In this document: piece by piece, positions 1 through 9,196 of the stretch
Layout of the letters: each line of letters begins with the position of its first letter
Numbering within the stretch: the first letter of the stretch is position 1
IMG/VR virus record: IMGVR_UViG_3300002835_000123
DNA length: 64,000 nt
Source: an uncultured virus (IMG/VR IMGVR_UViG_3300002835_000123)
Lineage: Duplodnaviria > Heunggongvirae > Uroviricota > Caudoviricetes
Reading direction: 5' to 3' (one strand)
The notes under the pieces: generated by a model
What the model was told of the DNA's origin: nothing
The model's input: the letters and a program-made list of their open reading frames with translations, nothing else
Databases searched by the model: none
Translations under genes and position numbers: made by a program

Positions 1-820
1 TAACAGACAGAGGCGGAGAGCAGAAGTTCTATTCGGAGCGAAGCGGAGAAGAATCTCATGTTCATTCGATTTTTTTTGTTGTTTAAGAAGAAGTTGAAAA
101 AAAGAAAAAAAAGAAAAAGAAAAAGGGTGTGGTGTGTTCTGAATACCCCCAAAAAAATAAATTATGGGGATAAATAAAAAGAATGAGCCTTATAGAAAAA
201 AAAGTAGTATAGGAAATAGAATACAAATAGAATACAAATAGAATAGAAATAGAATAGATAACACGTAGATTAAAAAAAAGGTATAATAGATAACACATAG
301 CATGAGTATAGCATGAGAGTAACAGGAATCAAATAGTTATACCCTAAAAACCTGTATAAACACCTCTGTAACTTTTTTGACCCCCAAAAAATCGAAAAAT
401 TTGGTTGAATGATTAAATGGTTGATGGGTGAAACAGGCGTAAAATTTTGGCTGTGGCGAATTAAAGGGTAATGTTAAGGGTGATTGTAAGGGTTGTGGAG
501 AGAAAATGCGTTACAGGGGAGAAAAAAGGGGTATTTTTTTTGGTGTGTTGATAATGTAAGGTGCTGTGGGTCGGTTCGAGAGGGGTGTTATTAAGAAGAG
601 AAGAAAAAAAATCCGAAAACGAATGAGGTAAAAAAGGTGTTCAGGCTGTGTTTTGTGAAAAAAAAGAAAAAAAGAGAGATAATCTTGAATTTTAGTTGTT
701 ATAAAAAAAAGGAATTATTATCTCTCTCTAAAATAATTTACTACAAAAATATATTTCTAAAGTAATAATAATTTTTGTCTTTTATTAGATTTTATTTATT
801 AAAAAGAATAATTAATTAGT

Positions 821-828
821 TATATTTG
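821..828 (+). promoter_or_regulatory. Bacteroidota-type -7 promoter box (TATATTTG) upstream of cysC
   Basis: Matches TAnnTTTG, 27 bp before ATG at 856. Confidence 0.6.
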
Positions 829-855
829 CTTCTTAATTTAAGAAAAATAATAGAA

Positions 856-1380
856 ATGTATAAATTTTATTGGTTTACAGGACAGGCAGGTGCAGGAAAA
901 ACAGAATTAGCAAATGCACTAAAACAACAATTAAACAGAGAACAAACAATTCTTCAGCAGAACTTAGTTCCTAAAGATATTAGGATTGGAAATAACTTCA
1001 CAAATCAAAAATTTGTAATTATAGATGGTGATGATATTCGTGAAATATATCAAAATACGGATTATTCGCTTGAAGGAAGAAAAAAGAATGTGGATTTCGT
1101 GCAGAAATTATGCTTGTTTCTAATAAAAAACGACATTGTTCCAATAGTTTGTATGGTTAGTCCTTTTAAAGAGCAGAGAAGTCAATTTGTGAAAGAAAAT
1201 AATGGTGTTGAAATATATGTTTATTGTTCAGAAATTAGAGGTAGAGAGAATTTTCATGTAGATTATTATGAAAAGCCTATAATTGATGAAAAATACGCTT
1301 ATGAAATAGATACCACAGGTAAATCAGTAAATGAATCGTTTAATCAAATAGCAAAACAATTAGTATGGAAAAATATTTAG
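856..1380 (+). CDS. cysC: adenylyl-sulfate (APS) kinase
   Basis: WFTGQAGAGKT P-loop, IDGDDIR, VSPFKEQR, YEKP motifs; ATG 856 preferred over TTG 826, which lies inside the promoter box. Confidence 0.85.
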   Translation: MYKFYWFTGQAGAGKTELANALKQQLNREQTILQQNLVPKDIRIGNNFTNQKFVIIDGDDIREIYQNTDYSLEGRKKNVDFVQKLCLFLIKNDIVPIVCMVSPFKEQRSQFVKENNGVEIYVYCSEIRGRENFHVDYYEKPIIDEKYAYEIDTTGKSVNESFNQIAKQLVWKNI

Positions 1381-1778
1381 TAAAATCAGATTGTAAGACA
1401 AGTAGCGATAATAAGTATGCTTTTTACATAGGTAGATGGCAACCTTTTCATGAAGGTCATCAATGGTTAATTAATCAGAAATTAAATCAAGGTCAAAAGG
1501 TTTGTATTGCTATTCGTGATGTTGAGCAAGATGAAACGAATTGGTGGAGTTCACAGGAAATTCAAGAAATGCTTGAAAATAGATTCAAAAATGAAATAAG
1601 TAAAGGTTTAATTAAAGTTGTTCAAATACCTGATATTGAAAGTATTAATATTGGTAGAGGTGTTGGGTATGATATAATTGAGCATATTCCACCAACAGAA
1701 GTTAAAGAAATTTCAGCAACAAAAATTAGAAGAAAGATTGGTAATAAAGATGGTTTAAAAGACAATTTAGATATATGA
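1365..1778 (+). CDS. HxGH-family (cytidylyltransferase-like) nucleotidyltransferase
   Basis: IGRWQPFHEGH and ISATKIR motifs. Confidence 0.8.
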   Translation: MEKYLVKSDCKTSSDNKYAFYIGRWQPFHEGHQWLINQKLNQGQKVCIAIRDVEQDETNWWSSQEIQEMLENRFKNEISKGLIKVVQIPDIESINIGRGVGYDIIEHIPPTEVKEISATKIRRKIGNKDGLKDNLDI

Positions 1779-2197
1779 AAGAGCAAACATTCCAAATAAG
1801 ATATAACACAAAATCAACTAATGATTCAGAAAGATGGAGATTAATTTGTGATGGCGAAGAAATATTAGTTTCAAACATTGTAATTAACTCAAAAACAATT
1901 ACTTCAAAGGACTTTATTAAAGAATTAGATGAATACAAATACCACATAAGTTGTATTGGTTATTTGTCTATAATTAATAATGTAGCTTATATAGAGAAGA
2001 AAAATAACTCTCTAAAAAGACATCTTTTAAAAACTATATCGTACAGGCTAATTGCAACAGCAACAACGATTTCTACGGCTTATTGCTTAGGATTTCCATT
2101 AGAAATATCTGCATTGTTAGGAATTGGAGAAGTGGCATTAAAACCAATAATATATTTTATTCATGAAAGACTTTGGTATAGCATCAAAATTGACTAA
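1775..2197 (+). CDS. protein with C-terminal DUF2061-like membrane domain
   Basis: RHLLKTISYRLIAT...YFIHERLW pattern with hydrophobic segments. Confidence 0.6.
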   Translation: MKEQTFQIRYNTKSTNDSERWRLICDGEEILVSNIVINSKTITSKDFIKELDEYKYHISCIGYLSIINNVAYIEKKNNSLKRHLLKTISYRLIATATTISTAYCLGFPLEISALLGIGEVALKPIIYFIHERLWYSIKID

Positions 2198-2256
2198 AAA
2201 AAATCCTATTTTTGTGATACTGACGAAAAATAGGATTTATCACAAAAATAGGAAAA

Positions 2257-2484
2257 ATGAAAATATTTTTTAAATTAATTACGCACATATTTATAGCTAT
2301 AACCTTTATTGTATATAGGTTTATTGATAAGTATTTTTTATCATTTTTTAGATATTTAGTATGTAGGCATGATTGGAATTATTCACAAGTTTCAAAAGAG
2401 GACAATTCTCAAATAAAATTTTGCAAAAAATGTAGACGCATGAAATTATATAGACCTGAAAAAAACAAGTGGATTAAAATATAA
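2257..2484 (+). CDS. small hypothetical membrane protein with CxH..CxxC
   Basis: Hydrophobic N-terminus; CRHDW...CKKC; TAnnTTTG box at 2207-2214. Confidence 0.5.
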   Translation: MKIFFKLITHIFIAITFIVYRFIDKYFLSFFRYLVCRHDWNYSQVSKEDNSQIKFCKKCRRMKLYRPEKNKWIKI

Positions 2485-2494
2485 AAATACGATT

Positions 2495-2803
2495 ATGAAA
2501 GATTTAATTAAAATGAATGAAAGCCTTGTAAATAAAGACTTTAAGGAACATACAAATGATTATTTTGGTTGGGTAGATACTGATAAAAATTCATGCTATT
2601 TACACTTAGGAAAGATGAAAAAAGCTGTAATAATTAGAAAGTCAATTACAGGAATATGGTTCATTTCTGAGGGTAGTTTTTTCCCTTTTAACAATGAAAT
2701 ATATACTGAAAAATTCAAAGATAAATTATTAGCCAAAAAAGTAGCTTCAGACTACATTAGAGGTTGGTTAGAACACCTTAATTATTCACTAAAAATTAAC
2801 TAA
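2495..2803 (+). CDS. hypothetical protein
   Basis: Tightly packed ORF in operon. Confidence 0.5.
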   Translation: MKDLIKMNESLVNKDFKEHTNDYFGWVDTDKNSCYLHLGKMKKAVIIRKSITGIWFISEGSFFPFNNEIYTEKFKDKLLAKKVASDYIRGWLEHLNYSLKIN

Positions 2804-2810
2804 AAAATAT

Positions 2811-3065
2811 ATGAAAAATAAGGGTAATATTCAAGAAAAAGTATACAATTATAAAACCAAGCATCAAGAAGGCTTTACTCAATCTGAATTAGAAAACTTA
2901 TTATTAAACTATCCTAATATAAACATGGATAAGTTTGATGATGCTATGAGGGGATGTACCTGTATGTTAAAAGATAATGAGATTATTATGTATCATTGTG
3001 ATATAGCAAGGGCAATAACTTGTGGAATAGAAAATAGGAATTTAAGGTCTTACGAATTTGACTGA
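2811..3065 (+). CDS. hypothetical protein
   Basis: Tightly packed ORF in operon. Confidence 0.5.
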   Translation: MKNKGNIQEKVYNYKTKHQEGFTQSELENLLLNYPNINMDKFDDAMRGCTCMLKDNEIIMYHCDIARAITCGIENRNLRSYEFD

Positions 3066-3145
3066 TTTACGATGTAAATTATTTTTATTAACAATAACCA
3101 AGTATTTTTAGAAATAATACTATATTTATGAAAATAATTTAAATT

Positions 3146-3394
3146 ATGCGTAATAATACTTTTTTTGGTATATGCTCAAGGTGTAAACATGAGGTAAAGT
3201 ATATAGAAATAGGTTTACTTTCTGATATAAAAAGTCATGAAAATAATATGTATTTTGACGATATAATTTTATATTGTAAAAAATGCTTGAAACCAAGAAT
3301 GGATGAACTTTATAGCTTACAAAAAATTATAAAAAATAACAGCTTAAATTATGAAATAAATTTGTTAAATAAATCTATTGAAAGAACAAATTAA
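3146..3394 (+). CDS. putative zinc-binding protein
   Basis: CSRC...CKKC. Confidence 0.45.
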   Translation: MRNNTFFGICSRCKHEVKYIEIGLLSDIKSHENNMYFDDIILYCKKCLKPRMDELYSLQKIIKNNSLNYEINLLNKSIERTN

Positions 3395-3406
3395 AATATC
3401 CTAAAA

Positions 3407-3622
3407 ATGAAAGTAATAGATATAAAAAAAGGAGAAAAATATTATCATAAGGACTTAGAAAAAAATATTATAATAACTGAATTTATAAGATATGATGGAA
3501 CAGGTGAATATGTTATAATGTTTAATCATGGTTTTGGAGTAAATGAAAATATGAGTAGAATTGTATTAAAACCTTATGAATATATTGATTTTTTACAAAA
3601 AATAGAACCTAAACTCAAGTAA
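3407..3622 (+). CDS. hypothetical protein
   Basis: ORF with A-rich start context. Confidence 0.45.
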   Translation: MKVIDIKKGEKYYHKDLEKNIIITEFIRYDGTGEYVIMFNHGFGVNENMSRIVLKPYEYIDFLQKIEPKLK

Positions 3623-3638
3623 AACTTGTATAAATTTT

Positions 3639-3646
3639 TATCTTTG
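3639..3646 (+). promoter_or_regulatory. -7 promoter box (TATCTTTG) upstream of ssb
   Basis: TAnnTTTG 21 bp before ATG 3668. Confidence 0.55.
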
Positions 3647-3667
3647 TTGATAAACAAATATTAAATT

Positions 3668-4027
3668 ATGGATGGAGTTAATTCAGTAACACTTATAGGA
3701 AACGTAGGTAATATTTCAGAAATTTACCAAACAAATAAAAATAACAAGATAATAACCTTATCACTTGCTACAACAGAGAGGTATTACGATTCAGAAAACA
3801 ACAAAAAAAACGAAACGCAATGGCATCATGTCGTTTTTTGGAATAATTTAGCTGATATATGTTCAAAAATGATTCAAAAAGGCTCAACTATTTATGTTGA
3901 AGGAAAATTGAACTACAAAAAGAAAGCAGACAATAGTGTTATTACCGAAGTTATAGCAAAAAGCGTAAGAGTTTTATTCAAAAATAAATTACGTAGTTTA
4001 GAGGATTTAGAGGAAGAAGGATTTTAG
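3668..4027 (+). CDS. ssb: single-stranded DNA-binding protein
   Basis: NSVTLIGNVG, LSLATTE, TQWHHVV, KGSTIYVEGKL and acidic C-tail ending in F. Confidence 0.9.
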   Translation: MDGVNSVTLIGNVGNISEIYQTNKNNKIITLSLATTERYYDSENNKKNETQWHHVVFWNNLADICSKMIQKGSTIYVEGKLNYKKKADNSVITEVIAKSVRVLFKNKLRSLEDLEEEGF

Positions 4028-4047
4028 TAACATTTAAATAAAAAAAA

Positions 4048-4329
4048 ATGAATGTTTTAAGTCTTATAAAGAAAAATCTTGCAAATTGTATTTCAGATGG
4101 TAAAGTGTTTATTTACGATAGCGAAACATTAAGTGCGGTAGCTTTTTTAAATGGATTGAAACACGAAAAACTTGATGATGTTAAAAAAATTATCAAGGAT
4201 AATGGTTTTAGATATGATAATCATTATGAGTGTTACATTTTTGATAAAAACAATCAAATACAAAATACAATAGACAGAACAGAACGAAATAAATTCATTA
4301 GTGATTTAATTCATTGGAAAGTTTCATAA
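4048..4329 (+). CDS. hypothetical protein
   Basis: Abutting ORF in operon. Confidence 0.5.
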   Translation: MNVLSLIKKNLANCISDGKVFIYDSETLSAVAFLNGLKHEKLDDVKKIIKDNGFRYDNHYECYIFDKNNQIQNTIDRTERNKFISDLIHWKVS

Positions 4330-4569
4330 ATGAGCAGATACGTTTTAAAACAAGGAACACTTCATTTTCATTATGGTTACGATGAAAATAACCAAGAACA
4401 TTTTTATGAAGTTTATGATTCTTCAAGAATGTGGATGAATAATGGTTTAATAGATTCAGGAGGAACAAGAAGAACTTTACTGCCACCAATCGTACTTGCA
4501 GAAAAAATGAAAAAATTTCAAGCACCTGTTGAACACATACAAAAAGTTTTGTGGATGCGAAAAATATAA
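4330..4569 (+). CDS. hypothetical protein
   Basis: Stop/start abutting neighbours. Confidence 0.5.
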   Translation: MSRYVLKQGTLHFHYGYDENNQEHFYEVYDSSRMWMNNGLIDSGGTRRTLLPPIVLAEKMKKFQAPVEHIQKVLWMRKI

Positions 4570-4818
4570 ATGGTTAGAATTATGAAAAATAAAAAAGACA
4601 GAGAATATTTTTTTCTTTTATGGTTAGTTAGAATATCTTTCATAGTTATGCTTAATTTGGCTATAACTATTCCTTTTTTTGGTTTATTGATATTATTTAA
4701 TAAAATATTTATTTTATCGCCAAATTTTGAATGGAATTATCTTGTTAAATATTTCTTTTCAATCAATATTTTCTTGTTTTTATATTGGTTTTATATTCTT
4801 TTTATAAAAAATGAATAA
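4570..4818 (+). CDS. small membrane protein
   Basis: Two hydrophobic segments. Confidence 0.5.
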   Translation: MVRIMKNKKDREYFFLLWLVRISFIVMLNLAITIPFFGLLILFNKIFILSPNFEWNYLVKYFFSINIFLFLYWFYILFIKNE

Positions 4819-4882
4819 ATACTGAAAAGCAGATAAAATAAGGAATTATATAAAAATTAAATTATTTATAGAAATAAAATAT

Positions 4883-4890
4883 TATATTTG
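4883..4890 (+). promoter_or_regulatory. -7 promoter box (TATATTTG)
   Basis: TAnnTTTG in the intergenic gap, flanked by a direct repeat AAATTATTTATAGAAATAAAA. Confidence 0.55.
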
Positions 4891-4939
4891 TAAATTATTT
4901 ATAGAAATAAAACATAAATTATTAAAATAAATAACGTAT

Positions 4940-5251
4940 ATGCAATACATAACAGGTAGAATAGTTTACATAGGTAAGCCTGAAATAATATCCAAAAATG
5001 GTTATAGTTTCCCTGTAATTGTGTTTGCTATAAAGAAAAGAATGGATGGAGCAAAGCGATATATTTCCTTCGAATGTGTTGGTAAATTAGCTGAAAAAAT
5101 ATCAAAACTTCAAAAAGACGAAAAAATAGAAGTTAAATATTTAATTAATTCATCTTTACGAAATGAAAAATGGTATACTACTTTAAATGCAAAAGAAGTA
5201 GAAGTATTAAATGGAATAGATAAAAAGTATACTCAACAATTAATTTTATAA
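4940..5251 (+). CDS. DUF3127-like OB-fold (SSB-like) protein
   Basis: ITGRIVYIG...ISFECVG...IEVKYLINS..NEKWYTTLNA resembles Bacteroidota DUF3127. Confidence 0.6.
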   Translation: MQYITGRIVYIGKPEIISKNGYSFPVIVFAIKKRMDGAKRYISFECVGKLAEKISKLQKDEKIEVKYLINSSLRNEKWYTTLNAKEVEVLNGIDKKYTQQLIL

Positions 5252-5253
5252 AT

Positions 5254-5454
5254 ATGTCTACACGTTTGAAAAAAATCCTTTACTCTAAAGGAATGACCCA
5301 AAAAGAACTAAGTATTTTGACTGAAGTTCAACAATACAAAATATCTCAATTATGTTCAGGTAAAAGACAAAATATTCATCTATCTACTGCCAAAAGAATT
5401 TGTGAAGTTCTTAATTGTAGTTTAGATGAAATATTTGGAGAATCAGATAAATAA
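5254..5454 (+). CDS. XRE/Cro-family HTH regulator
   Basis: RLKKIL..KGMTQKELS...ISQL...ICEVLNCSLDEIF. Confidence 0.9.
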   Translation: MSTRLKKILYSKGMTQKELSILTEVQQYKISQLCSGKRQNIHLSTAKRICEVLNCSLDEIFGESDK

Positions 5455-5528
5455 ATTACTTAATTAATTAATGTTTCTTTTAGTATAGTTACATTACATA
5501 TTTATTTAGATAATTTAAGAATTTTAGT

Positions 5529-6734
5529 ATGAAAGAAATATATGACATTTATAAAAAAATAACAGAACCCGAATATTTTGAAGTTCAGTTTAAGCAAATT
5601 CATTGGAATAAGAATGTTTTATTTATAAACCCACAATTAAATGGTAGGCATTTTTATAAATATATACTACCATATATTTCCATGTATGAATTGGATGCTT
5701 GGGGTACTGCTATTACAAGTATGGATAAATATAAACCAAATAGAGAGTATGAAAGCATTAAAATTCCTTTAAATTCAAGACAAATACTATGGGCGGATTA
5801 TATTGTATTTCCTTTTACAACAGATTTTTTGAAAGAAGGATATGATAAAATACGACAAATTAATCCAAATGTAAACATTGTATTTCATGTTGATTTTAAT
5901 TACTATTTGCTAAGTAAAAATCATCCTCTTTTTTCTCAATTTTCTGATGAAAAAAATATATCAAATATAGAGGACAATATTTTTTATTCTGATTTAACAC
6001 TTGTAACAAATGCCAAACTATCTGAATTTTTAGTAAATAAGTTCAAAAATGAATTAAATAATAATAAATACAAAAATATTCAAAGCAGAGTTCAAATTTC
6101 TTCTTTTCCAATGTTAATTGATGATGAATTAATACTTGAAAATGTAGAGTTAGAATATGAAAAATTACCCCATGATTCTCCTTTAAGAATAGGTATAGTA
6201 GCAACAAATTACACATGGGAGGATTTACTTTCTTATAAAGAATTATTTAAAGAAGTAAAAGAAAAAATGGGAGATAAATTAAAATTCATTGTAATGGGAT
6301 TTGATGGTATAGACCACAAAACACAAAAAAATTGTTTTCCTGATGATTTTGAATTTGAATATATCAAGCCATCAACAATAGTACATTATTTTAAGCAATT
6401 AAGAAATTTACAACTTGATATTATGTTTGTTCCACTTAGAGTAACAGAATTTAATGAAACAAGTGAAAATTATAATAAATTTTTAGAGGCAGGATTATTT
6501 AAAGTTCCCTTAATGGTTTATGACATTTTTCCATATAATCAAATAATTAAAAATGGTCAAAATGGTATTTTGCTACAAAAGAAAGGAGATTTTGTTGAAC
6601 GAATAGATTTCTTTGAAAAAAATAGGGATGAATTAAAAAGAATGGGTAATGGTGCTTATGAAATGATTATTGAAAACTTTTTAATTACAAGTGAACAAAA
6701 TGTTCAAATTATTGATGATATTTATAGTGATTAA
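5529..6734 (+). CDS. GT-B fold glycosyltransferase
   Basis: DIMFVPL..TEFN...NKFLEAG..KVP.....PYNQIIKNGQNGIL C-terminal GT1/GT4-like motif. Confidence 0.75.
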   Translation: MKEIYDIYKKITEPEYFEVQFKQIHWNKNVLFINPQLNGRHFYKYILPYISMYELDAWGTAITSMDKYKPNREYESIKIPLNSRQILWADYIVFPFTTDFLKEGYDKIRQINPNVNIVFHVDFNYYLLSKNHPLFSQFSDEKNISNIEDNIFYSDLTLVTNAKLSEFLVNKFKNELNNNKYKNIQSRVQISSFPMLIDDELILENVELEYEKLPHDSPLRIGIVATNYTWEDLLSYKELFKEVKEKMGDKLKFIVMGFDGIDHKTQKNCFPDDFEFEYIKPSTIVHYFKQLRNLQLDIMFVPLRVTEFNETSENYNKFLEAGLFKVPLMVYDIFPYNQIIKNGQNGILLQKKGDFVERIDFFEKNRDELKRMGNGAYEMIIENFLITSEQNVQIIDDIYSD

Positions 6735-6736
6735 AA

Positions 6737-7063
6737 ATGATGGTATACAAAGATTTTTATGATTTTGTTTCTCTTTCTGAAAATTCAGATGATTTTTTAG
6801 GAAGAATACATCTTTTTTATGGTATTATGGTTACTGAATTTCAGATAAGAGTTAGAACCGAAAGAATTTTACCACATCATATTGTAAAAATTGTAGAAGA
6901 AATTAATTCAGAAGTGGTTAAAAATATTTTCAAAATAAATCATCTAAAAATAGTAGAAAACCAACCTAAAATTGATTCTAAAATATTTTTGAAAGTAATA
7001 AAAATTAATTTTCCTTCATTATATTCTGAATATTACTACCAAAAGAAAATAATAAACAATTAA
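6737..7063 (+). CDS. hypothetical protein
   Basis: ORF in operon. Confidence 0.45.
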   Translation: MMVYKDFYDFVSLSENSDDFLGRIHLFYGIMVTEFQIRVRTERILPHHIVKIVEEINSEVVKNIFKINHLKIVENQPKIDSKIFLKVIKINFPSLYSEYYYQKKIINN

Positions 7064-7072
7064 TTAAAATAT

Positions 7073-7321
7073 ATGAGCATGATAGACGCTATTTTAGAAA
7101 AATATGAAGAAGAAACATTTTTAAAAGCTGATGGATTTGATAAAGCAATTATTGGCGTTGATGAAACATCCATGCGACTAATATATTCAGTAAAAAAATG
7201 TATAGAAATATTAATGTCTGAAATGTCAGAAGAAGATGCTTTAGAGTATTTTAATTTTAATGTAAATAGTGCTTATGTAAGTGAAAAAACCCCTATATGG
7301 TGTCAAGATTATAACTATTAA
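7073..7321 (+). CDS. conserved phage-type hypothetical protein
   Basis: ADGFDKAIIGV...YSVKKCIEILM...EEDALEYFNFNV..AYV...TPI pattern that I recall from aquatic phages. Confidence 0.65.
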   Translation: MSMIDAILEKYEEETFLKADGFDKAIIGVDETSMRLIYSVKKCIEILMSEMSEEDALEYFNFNVNSAYVSEKTPIWCQDYNY

Positions 7322-7334
7322 TAAACTAATTAAA

Positions 7335-8006
7335 TTATACCCATTGAGATTTTTTTAATTCATTTATAGGATAAAATGTGTCTGCATACTTATCATAACC
7401 TGAACCAAAGAATTTTCCTTTATTAATTTTATCCTGCCAACTATTATATTGTGCTGTGTATTCCCATAATTTATCATTGTTTGTAATTATATTATTCTTT
7501 TTAAGATAACCACCTACCATTCCACCTGTTCTATCTGCTCCATGAGTACAATGAATAAGAGTATTACCTCTTTTAAGTAGAGCATTTATTTTTTCTAAAC
7601 TTTGAATATAACCTAAACCTTCTTTATATCCTTCATGTGGATTTACAAAGTAGTAATTACAACCTAAATTTTCACACATTTCTTTTTCTTCTTTTCTTGA
7701 TGTTTCAGGGTATGTAGACCTATGTTTTGAATCATTACCATCACCATTCAACCTTATAATATTTTTTATGTTATATTTTTTAACTATTTCAGGAAAAACA
7801 TCCATAGTAAATTGTGCTGACCTATAATTATTTTTACCATCGGGAATCAAATGAAAATTGAATTTTTTACTTAATTCAGGGTCAGATTCTTCAGGAATAA
7901 GTGATTTTGAATTTGTTATACTACGCTTTCTTAAATAAAGTATAATTAAACCAATAACAACTACTGATGACAAAGACACTAATATAATTGTTTGTTTTTT
8001 GTTCAT
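7335..8006 (-). CDS. N-terminally membrane-anchored CX5R (tyrosine/dual-specificity) phosphatase
   Basis: IHCTHGADRTG catalytic loop, YRSAQ motif, N-terminal TM segment. Confidence 0.85.
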   Translation of the reverse strand: MNKKQTIILVSLSSVVVIGLIILYLRKRSITNSKSLIPEESDPELSKKFNFHLIPDGKNNYRSAQFTMDVFPEIVKKYNIKNIIRLNGDGNDSKHRSTYPETSRKEEKEMCENLGCNYYFVNPHEGYKEGLGYIQSLEKINALLKRGNTLIHCTHGADRTGGMVGGYLKKNNIITNNDKLWEYTAQYNSWQDKINKGKFFGSGYDKYADTFYPINELKKSQWV

Positions 8007-8069
8007 GATATTTAAATTGTAATGAACTAAATTAATTATAATTATTGATAATTTTTATCCTTTTGTAGC

Positions 8070-8100
8070 AACTCGGAACTCGGAACTCGGAACTCCGAGT
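8070..8100. repeat. (AACTCGG)x3 followed by inverted copy TCCGAGT
   Basis: aactcggaactcggaactcggaactccgagt read directly. Confidence 0.85.
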
Positions 8101-8152
8101 AATAATTATTTATAAAAATATATATAAAACTAAAAATTGATTTAAAAAAGCA

Positions 8153-8179
8153 TAAAAAAATCCCCAAGAAGGGGATTTT
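8153..8179 (-). terminator. intrinsic terminator downstream of 9120-8224 gene
   Basis: AAAATCCCC-AAGAA-GGGGATTTT stem-loop with U-tract on the minus strand. Confidence 0.75.
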
Positions 8180-8223
8180 ATTAACGGAAGTAATTAAAAG
8201 AACGATTGAACAAAGCCATTCTA

Positions 8224-9120
8224 CTATCCGTTAATTTCTAACCAATCATTTTTATCTTCACTTGGTAATCTTACTTTATTTGCTCCATTTGTAAAATGTA
8301 TTTCTATAAGATTGTTATTGTCTTTATTTCTACCTATAACATGAGAAAAAGGGTAAGTATCTCTATTAAGCATTTCAACTACCTCATTGTAGGTGTTTTT
8401 TCTCCAAAAACCTCTTATAGTTCCTACAAAAATATCTCTATAACCTTCCAATTCCTTTATTCCTACATTCAAATTCATTCCTTGAGAATGATTAATAAGA
8501 TGACTTGGGGTTTGTTGAACAGGAAAATGAGAAATTACAGGTGCTTGAACAGGATTATTATTGGTAGCAGGAATTGTTTGAGAAGGTGCTATGTTTGATA
8601 TTGCATTTGCATTAGCAGTATTTAATTCAAAACTACCTGAAGAAACACTTTTAACAGCATTTACTATTTGTTGTAAGTCTGTTTCTGTATGCTTTTCAGA
8701 GTAAGCAATTCCAAGATTTTCACATTCTTTTCTAAGTTCAGAAAGTTTATCAATTACATTATTTTCAGAAATAACATTAATATTTTCAGAAATAACTTCT
8801 ATATTATCAGATAAAATAACATTTTCATCATTTTTCACTTCAATATTAGATTTAATTGAAGTTTCATTATCTTCTGATATAGAAATAGTTACGGAATTAT
8901 CAACATTTTCAGAATTATTTTCTAAAAACATATTCAATTTATCACAAACGGCTTGTTTTAAATCGTCAAGTTTTACAATTTTATCATCAACTCCTATTTT
9001 TTCTGCTACCTTTTCTACTAAATAACGAACAGGACTTTCTTGAAGCCAAATAATACCATGCTCCGAAGCTATTTTTTGCCAATCAGTTTTTTTTAAATTT
9101 TTCACTTTTGTTGTTGCCAT
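8224..9120 (-). CDS. hypothetical protein with two short helix-extended-helix-like (Rho-N/HeH-like) segments
   Basis: DWQKIASEHGI... and LSELRKECENLGIAY...DLQQIV separated by low-complexity linker. Confidence 0.5.
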   Translation of the reverse strand: MATTKVKNLKKTDWQKIASEHGIIWLQESPVRYLVEKVAEKIGVDDKIVKLDDLKQAVCDKLNMFLENNSENVDNSVTISISEDNETSIKSNIEVKNDENVILSDNIEVISENINVISENNVIDKLSELRKECENLGIAYSEKHTETDLQQIVNAVKSVSSGSFELNTANANAISNIAPSQTIPATNNNPVQAPVISHFPVQQTPSHLINHSQGMNLNVGIKELEGYRDIFVGTIRGFWRKNTYNEVVEMLNRDTYPFSHVIGRNKDNNNLIEIHFTNGANKVRLPSEDKNDWLEING

Positions 9121-9145
9121 AAATCAAAATTTTAGTTTATATGCT

Positions 9146-9170
9146 TATTTTTGTTTAAGTTACAAATATA
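9146..9170. promoter_or_regulatory. overlapping opposed -7 boxes (TATTTTTG + at 9146-9153; TATATTTG - at 9170-9163)
   Basis: Both match TAnnTTTG in the 76-bp gap between divergent genes. Confidence 0.55.
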
Positions 9171-9196
9171 ATTTATTCTATTAAATAAGAAATAAA

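Noticed and set aside
83..298. 71-aa minus-strand ORF
   Set aside because: Product of poly-A/low-complexity sequence (poly-Phe); no coding character
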